From a virus (taxonomy: Duplodnaviria; Caudoviricetes), in IMG/VR virus record IMGVR_UViG_3300027693_000014, positions 1 through 33,686 of that record: a DNA stretch of 33,686 nucleotides; one strand, written 5' to 3'. Below are positions 17,921 to 26,202 of this stretch, piece after piece. How positions within the stretch are numbered: the stretch's first letter is position 1; each line of letters opens with the position of its first letter. The position numbers and the translations under genes are program-made. Under the pieces are notes generated by a model that saw nothing but the letters and a program-made list of their open reading frames with translations, did no database searches and had not been told where the DNA came from.

Positions 17921-18408
17921 GATCTAACCTTTCCAAGTCCGCTCATGGCCGAAACACATTCGGAACCAAAAGCGGCGACGCACACAGCAAATCCAATTAG
18001 TCTGCGTTTGTCGTTTTTGATGAAATGGCATTTGTCGCCAGTTACATTGAAGGCAGACGGAACAACTACACCGTCGGCGCTTTCCCATAGTTCTTGAAAT
18101 GCCCGCGAGCGACACATCGGCACAATGATGATGCCACTACCGTGCGTGATGAACTTGCGAATCCACGGCGTAGCGTTTGAGTACGGCGGGTTACACCAGA
18201 CTCGGCCGTGCCAAGGTTGCGCCAGTCCATCGTCCTCGATACTGTAATGGTCGGTCGCTGGAATCCAAGGCAGTCCGCCCTTGGGCGCACAGACATCAAG
18301 GTCAAACGATATACCTAAGCGTTCAAAGAAAAGCGAAGGGGTGTAGACCTCGTCGCTACCCCGCAGGGCAAAGGTTGCATCGTTGAACAAATTAGGCAGC
18401 TCGTTCAT
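17917..18408 (-). CDS. Phage DNA N6-adenine methyltransferase (phage Dam family)
   Basis: DEVYTP, FDLDVCA and DGLAQPW...VWCNPPYS motifs. Confidence 0.9.
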   Translation of the reverse strand: MNELPNLFNDATFALRGSDEVYTPSLFFERLGISFDLDVCAPKGGLPWIPATDHYSIEDDGLAQPWHGRVWCNPPYSNATPWIRKFITHGSGIIIVPMCRSRAFQELWESADGVVVPSAFNVTGDKCHFIKNDKRRLIGFAVCVAAFGSECVSAMSGLGKVRS

Positions 18409-18743
18409 TTGAAATCCTTGAAACAATCCCACCCGCGAATCAAAGACAATTCCTTGGCGCAGTCGCTTCCGTCTGCCTCAAACTCGCAAACCTCGCGCCT
18501 TGCCTCGTCGCGCTCTTTGCGGAGTTGATCTATTTCTGTCGTTTGCTTTTCCGCTTTAATAAAATCTGGCGGCATGGTTACCTTGTATGTCTCTAGCAAA
18601 TCGTCTAAGCCGCTACGGTTTCCGCCGGATTCCATGTACTCAACGCAACCTACAAACATATTGCACAGCATCCGCTGATCGGCATTTAGGTGCTTTGCTT
18701 TAGAAATCGACTCCAAGTAAATGCGTGTTTCTTTGGGTGTCAT
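18405..18743 (-). CDS. Hypothetical protein with ERDEARREVC...GWDC module
   Basis: ATGA overlaps on both sides. Confidence 0.7.
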   Translation of the reverse strand: MTPKETRIYLESISKAKHLNADQRMLCNMFVGCVEYMESGGNRSGLDDLLETYKVTMPPDFIKAEKQTTEIDQLRKERDEARREVCEFEADGSDCAKELSLIRGWDCFKDFK

Positions 18744-19084
18744 TCGTACATCTCCGGCGGTCGCGCCTCTAGGTACTCCCGCGTATGGCGCGAGAAGGTG
18801 CTATTGATGACAACGGCCATAGGGAAGTCTGACGGGACGCGCTGGTCGTGGTCAAGGACTTGCCCGTCAAGGCTCACGGTCAGGATCTTCCAGTCGAGCA
18901 ACCGCCATGCTGGTCGGTCACCCATCTCCGCACAACCGCCGTCAACCTGATAGCGACCTTCTAAGAGGACGGTCACGGAGTGCGACATGAGGTACTCGGC
19001 AACGACTTCGGGAATGCCCATCAACTGACTAGCATCAATTTCGTACTCGACTTCGCGCTTGCGGATCTTCTTGGTGTCTAGCAT
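18740..19084 (-). CDS. Hypothetical protein
   Basis: AAGGA RBS; operon packing. Confidence 0.65.
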   Translation of the reverse strand: MLDTKKIRKREVEYEIDASQLMGIPEVVAEYLMSHSVTVLLEGRYQVDGGCAEMGDRPAWRLLDWKILTVSLDGQVLDHDQRVPSDFPMAVVINSTFSRHTREYLEARPPEMYE

Positions 19085-19407
19085 CGGTATTTCCTTTCGG
19101 TAGGGGTGGGGAAGAGACTGTCGGGGATTGAAGAGATGACCGCGCAGAACACGCGCTGCGCCTTGCCAGCGCGACCAAGTCGCGTAGCGCCAGTCGGAGC
19201 AATCAGCCCCGCCGCGTGCAGCTCGCTGACTCTGCGACGCGCTCCCGCGTGTAGGTGGGCTTTCGCCTCCGCCTCGTCTGAGGTCAGTCCATACTCGCCC
19301 GCCGCCTTGAAGGCGTCAAGGAGCGCGGCTTGAAGCCCTGCGAGTTTGGGAGCCATGTCATTGGCGGCCATGTGGCTGGTGGTGGGGTCAGAGCGGCGGG
19401 CGGTCAA
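19078..19407 (-). CDS. Winged-helix DNA-binding protein
   Basis: ARRSDPTTSHMAA N-terminus; GLTSDE...RRRVSELHAAGLI..TG.TR; start placed at the TTGA overlap. Confidence 0.7.
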   Translation of the reverse strand: MTARRSDPTTSHMAANDMAPKLAGLQAALLDAFKAAGEYGLTSDEAEAKAHLHAGARRRVSELHAAGLIAPTGATRLGRAGKAQRVFCAVISSIPDSLFPTPTERKYRC

Positions 19408-19658
19408 AGGCTCACCACCGTGTTCTCGTGGCGGGCGATGAACGCACCTTCGGCTGCGTCGATCTCGTCCACGCACGCGGCGAAGGCGTTCTCGTCATCG
19501 TGGTCAACGGCGGCAAGGTCGTTGTGTGCGCGAATCACGCGCTGGCTGACGCCGTCCTTGATTTCTATAGCGGCGGCAAGCAGCGCATCGTTGTACTGCT
19601 TGGCAATGCGGTCGCTGTTCAAGGCATCGGTAACGGTCATTTGGGTCTTGGTACTCAC
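19404..19658 (-). CDS. Hypothetical early protein (cassette 3)
   Basis: GTG start preceded by GAGAGGA from the repeated spacer. Confidence 0.7.
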   Translation of the reverse strand: MSTKTQMTVTDALNSDRIAKQYNDALLAAAIEIKDGVSQRVIRAHNDLAAVDHDDENAFAACVDEIDAAEGAFIARHENTVVSL

Positions 19659-19659
19659 G

Positions 19660-19746
19660 GGTCAGTCCTCTCGTACTGGGTGCGTCGCAACAGTATCGGC
19701 TGTCGCAGCCCGCCCCCTTCAAAGAAGGGGACAGGTGCGCGGTCGA
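19660..19746 (-). repeat. Structured intergenic repeat, copy 1
   Basis: Highly similar to 20032-20117; three hairpins plus SD. Confidence 0.9.
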
Positions 19747-20031
19747 TTAGTCGCTGTCTTTGGAGATGTCAATGGTCACCATCTTGCCACTCAGAACCAA
19801 GACATCATCGTCTTTAGGTTCGTTGGTGTACTTCTTCACTTCGCCCGTACGGTCAACCGCAAACACTATTCCTTCCGGATTGACGTTTGAAGACAGGTGA
19901 ACAAGGGTGTAGGCCTCGGAATCCAGCGCAGACTCCTGCAATTCAAACGCAAGCGTCTTTGCCTCTTCAAAAGTCTTGGCGGTTGTCTGTCGCCAAATTC
20001 CACGGCTGCGGTGTGTCGTTACGGTGTACAT
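19747..20031 (-). CDS. Hypothetical early protein (cassette 2)
   Basis: ATG 20031 directly after repeat copy 2; stop abuts copy 1. Confidence 0.7.
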   Translation of the reverse strand: MYTVTTHRSRGIWRQTTAKTFEEAKTLAFELQESALDSEAYTLVHLSSNVNPEGIVFAVDRTGEVKKYTNEPKDDDVLVLSGKMVTIDISKDSD

Positions 20032-20117
20032 GGTCAGTCCTCTCGTACTGGGTGCGTTGCGTCGGTATCGGCCGTCGCATCCCGCCCACCCCGAAGGGTG
20101 GACAGGTGCGCGGTCGA
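20032..20117 (-). repeat. Structured intergenic repeat, copy 2
   Basis: Shares GGTCAGTCCTCTCGTACTGGGTGCGT and GGACAGGTGCGCGGTCGA with copy 1. Confidence 0.9.
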
Positions 20118-20119
20118 AG

Positions 20120-20524
20120 TCAGACGGCACGTTTGGCGGCAAGGAGAGATTCCCGCTTCTCAGCAGCTTCGGCGGCGCGACGATTCTTGCGCGTGCGGCA
20201 GTCATCGGCGGCGGTGCGAACGTCATGGTGCATTTCTTTCCACTCATTGAAATCAATCACGCCAAGTTCATCCAGCACGTTGATTAGCAAGGCCGCTTGG
20301 TTTTGCGCGTTCCGAATCGTTTCCAAAGGCGGCTGAGTCGTTGACCATTCTCCGGTATAGCCACGGTTCATGTCAGTAACCAGTCGATTGATTGTGGCTA
20401 CCGTTCGTTCAGCAAACGCGGCAACCTTTGCGGAGTCAGCGGTGGCTAGGCGCGGCATGGTGATGACGGGCGGGTTGATAGCAAATTGGTTGGCGGTGAT
20501 GGCGGTGTAAATGGTGTCGGTCAT
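20120..20524 (-). CDS. Hypothetical early protein (cassette 1)
   Basis: ATG 20524 after a degenerate third repeat (TCAGTCCTCTCaaACTGGGTG at 20529-20549). Confidence 0.7.
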   Translation of the reverse strand: MTDTIYTAITANQFAINPPVITMPRLATADSAKVAAFAERTVATINRLVTDMNRGYTGEWSTTQPPLETIRNAQNQAALLINVLDELGVIDFNEWKEMHHDVRTAADDCRTRKNRRAAEAAEKRESLLAAKRAV

Positions 20525-20582
20525 GGCTTCAGTCCTCTCAAACTGGGTGTGTTTGTCAGCGGCACGCGCCTCTGACATCGGA

Positions 20583-20611
20583 AAGATACTGACAGGTACA
20601 TCGGCACGCAA
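20583..20611 (-). promoter_or_regulatory. Candidate leftward sigma70-type early promoter
   Basis: Minus strand TTGCGT-17 nt-TATCTT upstream of the first early gene. Confidence 0.35.
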
Positions 20612-20837
20612 GGGGTCAATCCGTAAGTTTGTTGACGGATTTCCACACAATCGCAGATTCCTAGCATCAAACCCGCATCAAATAAATTGACACCCAGCCC
20701 GATTATGATGCCGCTCGGTGTGCCAGCCGCGCTGGTGGTCGGCTGGCGCGGTTGGTACGCCAAAAACAAACGCGGCGCGGATCTTTCGATCAACACGCCG
20801 CGCTTCCGGGGGTGAGGTAAGGAGCGGTCAAGACCGC

Positions 20838-20869
20838 CCCGCCACATGGTGGCGGGTTTATGGTATCAT
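20838..20869 (+). promoter_or_regulatory. Palindrome (operator-like) next to candidate extended -10 of the rightward promoter
   Basis: CCCGCCAC-ATG-GTGGCGGG followed by TGgTATCAT. Confidence 0.35.
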
Positions 20870-20993
20870 GTTTTCAGCGACTCCCAACGTGGGGATAGCC
20901 GAGCGGCTGCAACTGCTCAAATTCTCGACAACTGTAGGTGGGGCGGGTCAGCCCGCAGCCGCTCCCCGCCCTACCTGCGGCCTTGGTAAAGAC

Positions 20994-21395
20994 ATGGCAC
21001 GACTACGACCATCCGACATCTGGGCAACCGTCCAAGACTTGAGCGCCGGGGAGCTTCTGGTCATCCTCGCCCTCGCCGACTACGGCGAAGTGGCGTACCC
21101 CAGCCAGAAGAAACTGGCGGCGAAATGTCGCATGGCGCGGACGACCGTAAACACCATAATCAGCAACCTCCGCAATCGCGGAATCTTGACCACCAAAGGT
21201 ACGGGGAAGTCTCTTACCTACACCATTCACCTGTCCGAAATCCGGACACCTACCTGTCCGAAATCCGGACATCAGATGTCTGAAATCCGGACAGGAGATG
21301 TCCGGAATCCGGACAGGGATCCTAACTCGTCCATTCAACTAACAAAACGAACTCGGAATTCGGCGGCGGAAAAACCACAACTAGCACCCTTTTGA
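20994..21395 (+). CDS. Replication initiator (HTH_36-like wHTH, lambda O-type organisation)
   Basis: LLVILALADY...AYPSQKKLAAKCRMARTTV...L.NRG.L; contains iterons; start placed at ATG 20994. Confidence 0.8.
   Translation: MARLRPSDIWATVQDLSAGELLVILALADYGEVAYPSQKKLAAKCRMARTTVNTIISNLRNRGILTTKGTGKSLTYTIHLSEIRTPTCPKSGHQMSEIRTGDVRNPDRDPNSSIQLTKRTRNSAAEKPQLAPF
21232..21315. repeat. Replication origin iterons (4 x 17 bp)
   Basis: TGTC[CT]G[AG]AATCCGGACA at 21232, 21255, 21277 and 21299. Confidence 0.88.
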
Positions 21396-21889
21396 GCGAG
21401 CGAATTTTCAATATGCAACAGACAACATCAACAACGTGGATCGACAACAAAATCTACCTCTGCAAACTGTGGCCAAAATACAAGCCCACCCCGGAAGAAG
21501 GCAACCTCCTGAACGAACGCTGGGGATCGCTGAAGCAGGACATCCTGCGCGAGTGCATTAAGCAACACCGCTTCGAGCGCGATAGTCGCCCCGACCTGTC
21601 CGCCATTCACAAGGCGTACTGCAAGATCACCGCCACCGCGCACACCGCCGGGGTAGCGAGTACGGAAATCGAGGACACCCGCGCACAGGTCTGCGTCCCT
21701 CCAAGCGCGAGCGAGCTCGCAGATTGGGACACATGGGCAGCAAAGATCCTCGAAACCGTCACGGACGAGGAGATCGAAGCCGTGCGCGAAACCATGACCT
21801 ATGTCCCCACGACCAGCCGAGTGCTAGCCGTGGCGGTCGAACACGTTCGCTTGCAGGGCGGCAGGATTGCCCGTAGGGGCGCTCGGTAA
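21392..21889 (+). CDS. Putative replication accessory (helicase loader-like) protein
   Basis: Directly follows the initiator; function inferred from position only; start may be ATG 21413. Confidence 0.45.
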   Translation: MSERIFNMQQTTSTTWIDNKIYLCKLWPKYKPTPEEGNLLNERWGSLKQDILRECIKQHRFERDSRPDLSAIHKAYCKITATAHTAGVASTEIEDTRAQVCVPPSASELADWDTWAAKILETVTDEEIEAVRETMTYVPTTSRVLAVAVEHVRLQGGRIARRGAR

Positions 21890-21980
21890 TGATTTTGGCA
21901 TCTCTGCCCGTCCAAGCCCAAGGGACGCGGCAGGGAGCATTCTAGAGCCTTGGGATAAATCAGGATAATTGAGGATAAAT

Positions 21981-22319
21981 ATGAACTACGCCAGTAAACC
22001 AATGAAGAAGAAACTCGACCAACTCGCTCTCTACCTCGCGCACGAGGGTTTTACGGTCGGACGAACCGCGACCGGGATGGTCGCCGTCGATGACGATGGG
22101 ATCGTCATTCAGGTCAGCCCCTTCCGCACCAGCGCACAAGTCCGACACACCATCCACGGCCGCTTCCGCGAGGAGTACGTCAAAAAACTCCCTACCACCG
22201 ACTGGTTCACTACCCGCATTCCCGTCCTGATGAAGTGGGCGAAAGACCCCTTCAGCAAGGAAATGCCTCGCTTTGTCTCCGTCTCGCGCCGACCTGTTCC
22301 CTCGCAGGTCAAGCCATGA
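21981..22319 (+). CDS. Hypothetical protein
   Basis: GAGGA RBS before ATG 21981. Confidence 0.65.
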   Translation: MNYASKPMKKKLDQLALYLAHEGFTVGRTATGMVAVDDDGIVIQVSPFRTSAQVRHTIHGRFREEYVKKLPTTDWFTTRIPVLMKWAKDPFSKEMPRFVSVSRRPVPSQVKP

Positions 22320-22582
22320 ATGCTATACTCGACCGTATGAACGACTACGATGACTTTAAGTCTGCCATCCGTACCGCGCTGGAGGCGCGAGGAAGTACGC
22401 GAGGGGAACTTGCCCTGCGCATGGAAGCCGAAGGCATCCTCCGCGCTCATACCGTCCGCTGCCTCCTTGGGACACCGGGGACACGCAACGGGCGCAGGAA
22501 GCCTGCGTTCGACTCCGCTCTAGCAATCGCGCACGCTGCCGGATTTGAGTTGATTCTGAGGAAGCGGAAGGTACGATCATGA
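22316..22582 (+). CDS. XRE-like HTH regulator
   Basis: TRGELA...HTVRCLL...RKPAFDSALAIAHAAGFEL; ATGA overlaps. Confidence 0.6.
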   Translation: MNAILDRMNDYDDFKSAIRTALEARGSTRGELALRMEAEGILRAHTVRCLLGTPGTRNGRRKPAFDSALAIAHAAGFELILRKRKVRS

Positions 22583-23001
22583 CAGAAGACGCGCCCCTCG
22601 ATAGGGGGAAGGGGGATGTCCGCGACCTCGTCACGCGCCGCGACAAGACCCTGCACCTCTCTTGCCTTGAGCGAGCCGTCTACGGCGGTTGGGACATTCC
22701 AGCCGAGGCCGCTAAGTCTGCGCCCGCCTTCCTACAGGACGTGATGAACGATCCGAACATGGATACCCGCACCCGCGTGCGAGCCGTGGAAGTCCTTGCG
22801 TCCCTGTCCCGTGATCGCGTAGACGCGACCGTGCAGCTCGACCGCATCTTGCGCCTTGACGCTGGTACGGCAACCGACCGCGTGGAAGTGATCCACGACC
22901 TTGGAGATCAAGCCCTTGATGCCGTCGCTCAAAGCCTCAACCAGATCCAGCCCCCCAAGTGCCTTCCAAAGCCAAAGCGAAAACCAAAGCGCAAAGCCTG
23001 A
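22579..23001 (+). CDS. terS: Putative terminase small subunit
   Basis: 140 aa helical protein overlapping the terL start. Confidence 0.5.
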   Translation: MTEDAPLDRGKGDVRDLVTRRDKTLHLSCLERAVYGGWDIPAEAAKSAPAFLQDVMNDPNMDTRTRVRAVEVLASLSRDRVDATVQLDRILRLDAGTATDRVEVIHDLGDQALDAVAQSLNQIQPPKCLPKPKRKPKRKA

Positions 23002-24425
23002 CCCCGGAGCAGGCGGTCGCCGCAGCGCGGGAGAACCCGGCGGCGTTTCTTGCCTTGTGCCTCGGAAAGCCCGTCTCCGACCTGCAACGCAGTCTGCTCG
23101 CGCACGGGTTGAAGCACCATAGTTGGTACGCGGAACTACCCCGAGGACACGCCAAGACCTCGACCCTCACCTACCTTGCCGCATGGTGGCTCGGTCGTCG
23201 CCCAGCAACGCGCTTTAAGCTCATCGGGCAGAACGACGAAGCCGCGTCGGCAACCTCTCGATTCCTGCGCGACATCATCCGCAGCCCCATCTACCGCGCC
23301 ACCTTCCCCCACGTTGAACTCAAGCCCGGGGAAGATACGGTCATGGCGTGGTCGATCACCGCGCCCGGGGTAGGGGCAAGGCGTGACCCGTCCGTCCAAG
23401 CCTCCGGCATCTTCGGGCGCACGGGCGGACGCGCCGACGTTCTTTGGCCGGATGACATTTGCGACCTACGCAACGCCGTCCTCCAACCGACCCTCCGCGC
23501 ACAGGTCAAGGAGGCGATGAACAACATCTGGCTCCCCATGCTTGACCCGTCCGCCAAGCACCCCGCCCGCATTTGGCGCACGGCGACCCCCTTCCATACG
23601 GACGACATTACCGCCGACTGGCGCAGGGAATGCGAACGCGCTGGCACGCTCCTACGCGAGCCTTGCCGGGGACTGATTAGCCCGTGGGCAAGCGTGTTCA
23701 CGCCTGAGATCCTCGACCAGAAGCGCCGCGAGATGGGGCCGATGGCATACGCCCGCGCCTATGAACTCGTACCGCTGTCCTCCGACCTCCTGATCTTCCG
23801 ACCGGAGTGGACGCGTTACTACCGCTCCGGCACGGTTCCCCTTGGTACGCGCACAGTTGCCGCTATCGACTGGGGCTACGGAAAGAAGCGCCAAGAGCGC
23901 GACGACCCCGACTACTCGGTCTGCATCGTGGGCGAGGTCGATCAAGCCCGCAACCTGTACCTCACCGACATCCTTCGCGTCCGCGAGTCGTTCCCCGACT
24001 TCGCCCGCATGGCGAAAGACCTCGTGGAGCGCCGAGGCGTGGGCATGGTTCTAGCCGAGGCGAACGGGCCGCAGAAGGGCGTGTTCGACCAATTCCGCCA
24101 AGACTGCCACCAGCCCGTCATTGCCGTCACCCGCACCGCCGACAAGCATTTACGAGCCGCCGCCGCCCAGCCGTTCGTTGAGCAGGGCAAGCTCCTGTTC
24201 CCGCAGAACCATGACGGGCAAGTTCACGCCGATTTCCGTTCCACCCTTGACGAAATGCTTGCCTTCCCCGCTGGCAGTCACGACGATACGGTGGACTGCA
24301 TCGTTGACCTCTGCACCGCAGCGTCGAGCGGGACGGTAGTGACATCAGGCGGCGCGGTCACCGTGGCGACCGACACGAGCAGGATGTTTGATTCTCGCGC
24401 AGTCAAGCGCAGAATGTTCGGTTGA
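22959..24425 (+). CDS. terL: Terminase large subunit
   Basis: PRGHAKT Walker A, LWPDD Walker B, ATP coupling motif, AIDWG/DYS/HDDTVD nuclease motifs. Confidence 0.93.
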   Translation: MPSKAKAKTKAQSLTPEQAVAAARENPAAFLALCLGKPVSDLQRSLLAHGLKHHSWYAELPRGHAKTSTLTYLAAWWLGRRPATRFKLIGQNDEAASATSRFLRDIIRSPIYRATFPHVELKPGEDTVMAWSITAPGVGARRDPSVQASGIFGRTGGRADVLWPDDICDLRNAVLQPTLRAQVKEAMNNIWLPMLDPSAKHPARIWRTATPFHTDDITADWRRECERAGTLLREPCRGLISPWASVFTPEILDQKRREMGPMAYARAYELVPLSSDLLIFRPEWTRYYRSGTVPLGTRTVAAIDWGYGKKRQERDDPDYSVCIVGEVDQARNLYLTDILRVRESFPDFARMAKDLVERRGVGMVLAEANGPQKGVFDQFRQDCHQPVIAVTRTADKHLRAAAAQPFVEQGKLLFPQNHDGQVHADFRSTLDEMLAFPAGSHDDTVDCIVDLCTAASSGTVVTSGGAVTVATDTSRMFDSRAVKRRMFG

Positions 24426-24465
24426 ATCGGTACGATGCTTGCGGACTACTCAACAAAGGAACCAC

Positions 24466-26202
24466 ATGAGCAAGCAAGACATAGAGAAGCGTTTGGGATT
24501 CGCGGCGCAAGGCGTGAAATCCGAGTTTGGTTCTAACGATCCGTATATGCAAGAGCGCACGGTCAAAACCCGCAAGGGCAAGACTACTGACCTCGTTGCG
24601 GAAATTGGGCAAAACGGTGGCGGTGGCGACTATATCGCTACTTTGATGCTTGTGCATTCAAACGGAGAACCACAGGTTTTGCAATCAAAGTACGGTTACA
24701 AAACTCCTGAAAGCGCAACGCGTGCGGCAATCCGTTTGTTTGATGCTCATGTTTCTCGCGGTGGCTACGCTCGCTCTGGCTCGAAAGCAAAGATGGCCGC
24801 CCCAAAAAAGAACGTAGGTTACCTAGCCGTTACTAATTCCGAATACGCCGCCTTGGCGGCTAGTGACGCAGCAGGCAAAAGGATTTCAAGTAACTCGCAG
24901 TATCAAATTACCAGCGAAGACCGCGCAATTATGGCAGCAGGTAAAGCAGCCGCGAAGTCCGCGCTGGCACGACACGACGCATGGGACAAGGCTTGGCGCA
25001 ATGCGCCAAACGATGCCGCTCGCGCAAAGGTTGAAGCTGAAGCGGAAAAAGCCGAATCCGGAATGAAGAAATATCCAGTCACAAGACTTCATTTTGCCCG
25101 CACCAGCGCGAAGGCGAAGTTTGCAAAGCCTCAGTTCCGCACGAAAAAACTGCACAACGGATATATAGCCGTAGAGGTAAATCAAGGGAACGGCTGGGAG
25201 AGGTACGACACTACGCACGAAGAATCTTGGAACGGAATTGAAGAGTACGAACGCGGATACCAAAAGGCGTATGACCGAGGACTTCGATACAGCGGAGGCT
25301 CATGGCGTATTCCTAGCACCAACGCCGCCCGCCCCGGCGTGAAAGCGAATATGGGGCTAGAAATGAATATGCTGGATTTTCGGCATAAGTTTTTCACCGC
25401 ATTTGGCACGGCTATTCGGGATGCAAAGAGCAATCCCAACACGGCGGAAGCGCAGTCAGACGAAACCGTGCTTCGTGAGTCATGGGCTTCCATGTTCGCG
25501 CAGGGATACTCCGACGCAATCAGCGATCTGAACGGTTTATCGGCGACAATGAAGTCCAAGACTTCGGTTGGTCAGATGCGTAAGGCTGCCTCAGACGCGA
25601 TGGAGGCTTACCGTCAGGCAAAGGCCGCCGTCCGCTCCTCCCGCCCCGGCGTGAAGGCTACGTTTGGTCTTCGGGTTCCTGAATTAGAAACCCTGTATTC
25701 GTCGCTGGGCGCAAGTGGGCAAGCCATTACAGACAAGCCATCCGCAAGGAAAGACCGCGCCTTGTTGCTTAAATTGGATGCTGAGTATTCGCAACCAACC
25801 GACACGGTGATGGTGGCATTGAATGCCGCAAAACTTTACCGTCAACTTTCCGCAGGTTCAAAAGCAACCCCGCAGGGTCAAAAGTTTCAGCAAAGGCTAG
25901 AGATTGCAGGGGGTCATAGATTTGCCCGCCCCGGCGCGAAGGCGAAGATGGCGGCGGAAATCGCATCCGATCCAAGAGACAAAGACTTTGAGAAACTCAA
26001 GACCTTGAAGGGCGTGGTACATCAGGGCAAAGGGTTTTACATCATTCCCAATAAGCTGATGACCCCCGAACGCCGAACCAAGGTGAAGCGGTCAACACAA
26101 CGCTACGAACTGTCCAACATGGGCGACCTTGTCGGCTGGGGAACCAATCACCCAAACGTAAACGACTACCGCTTGAAAGACTGGGCAGAGGCTTTCGCGT
26201 GA
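24466..26202 (+). CDS. Modular head-region polyprotein A (6 modules joined by RPGxKAx[FM]-type linkers)
   Basis: AAGGA RBS before ATG 24466; linkers near 24499, 24766, 25093, 25324, 25636 and 25921. Confidence 0.75.
   Translation: MSKQDIEKRLGFAAQGVKSEFGSNDPYMQERTVKTRKGKTTDLVAEIGQNGGGGDYIATLMLVHSNGEPQVLQSKYGYKTPESATRAAIRLFDAHVSRGGYARSGSKAKMAAPKKNVGYLAVTNSEYAALAASDAAGKRISSNSQYQITSEDRAIMAAGKAAAKSALARHDAWDKAWRNAPNDAARAKVEAEAEKAESGMKKYPVTRLHFARTSAKAKFAKPQFRTKKLHNGYIAVEVNQGNGWERYDTTHEESWNGIEEYERGYQKAYDRGLRYSGGSWRIPSTNAARPGVKANMGLEMNMLDFRHKFFTAFGTAIRDAKSNPNTAEAQSDETVLRESWASMFAQGYSDAISDLNGLSATMKSKTSVGQMRKAASDAMEAYRQAKAAVRSSRPGVKATFGLRVPELETLYSSLGASGQAITDKPSARKDRALLLKLDAEYSQPTDTVMVALNAAKLYRQLSAGSKATPQGQKFQQRLEIAGGHRFARPGAKAKMAAEIASDPRDKDFEKLKTLKGVVHQGKGFYIIPNKLMTPERRTKVKRSTQRYELSNMGDLVGWGTNHPNVNDYRLKDWAEAFA

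Noticed and set aside
19660-20117. Repeats as integron attC sites or tRNAs
   Set aside because: No integrase, no RYYYAAC/GTTRRRY ends, and no cloverleaf or T-loop consensus.
20688-20710. TTGACA...TATGAT as a sigma70 promoter
   Set aside because: The spacer is only about 11 nt.
20718-20993. N-terminal extension of the initiator ORF
   Set aside because: The region is filled with palindromes and hairpins; the recognisable wHTH starts after ATG 20994.
24499-25950. Recurring DNA repeats as a CRISPR array
   Set aside because: Spacing is 230-330 nt, the repeats are degenerate and in frame within one ORF, and no cas genes are present.
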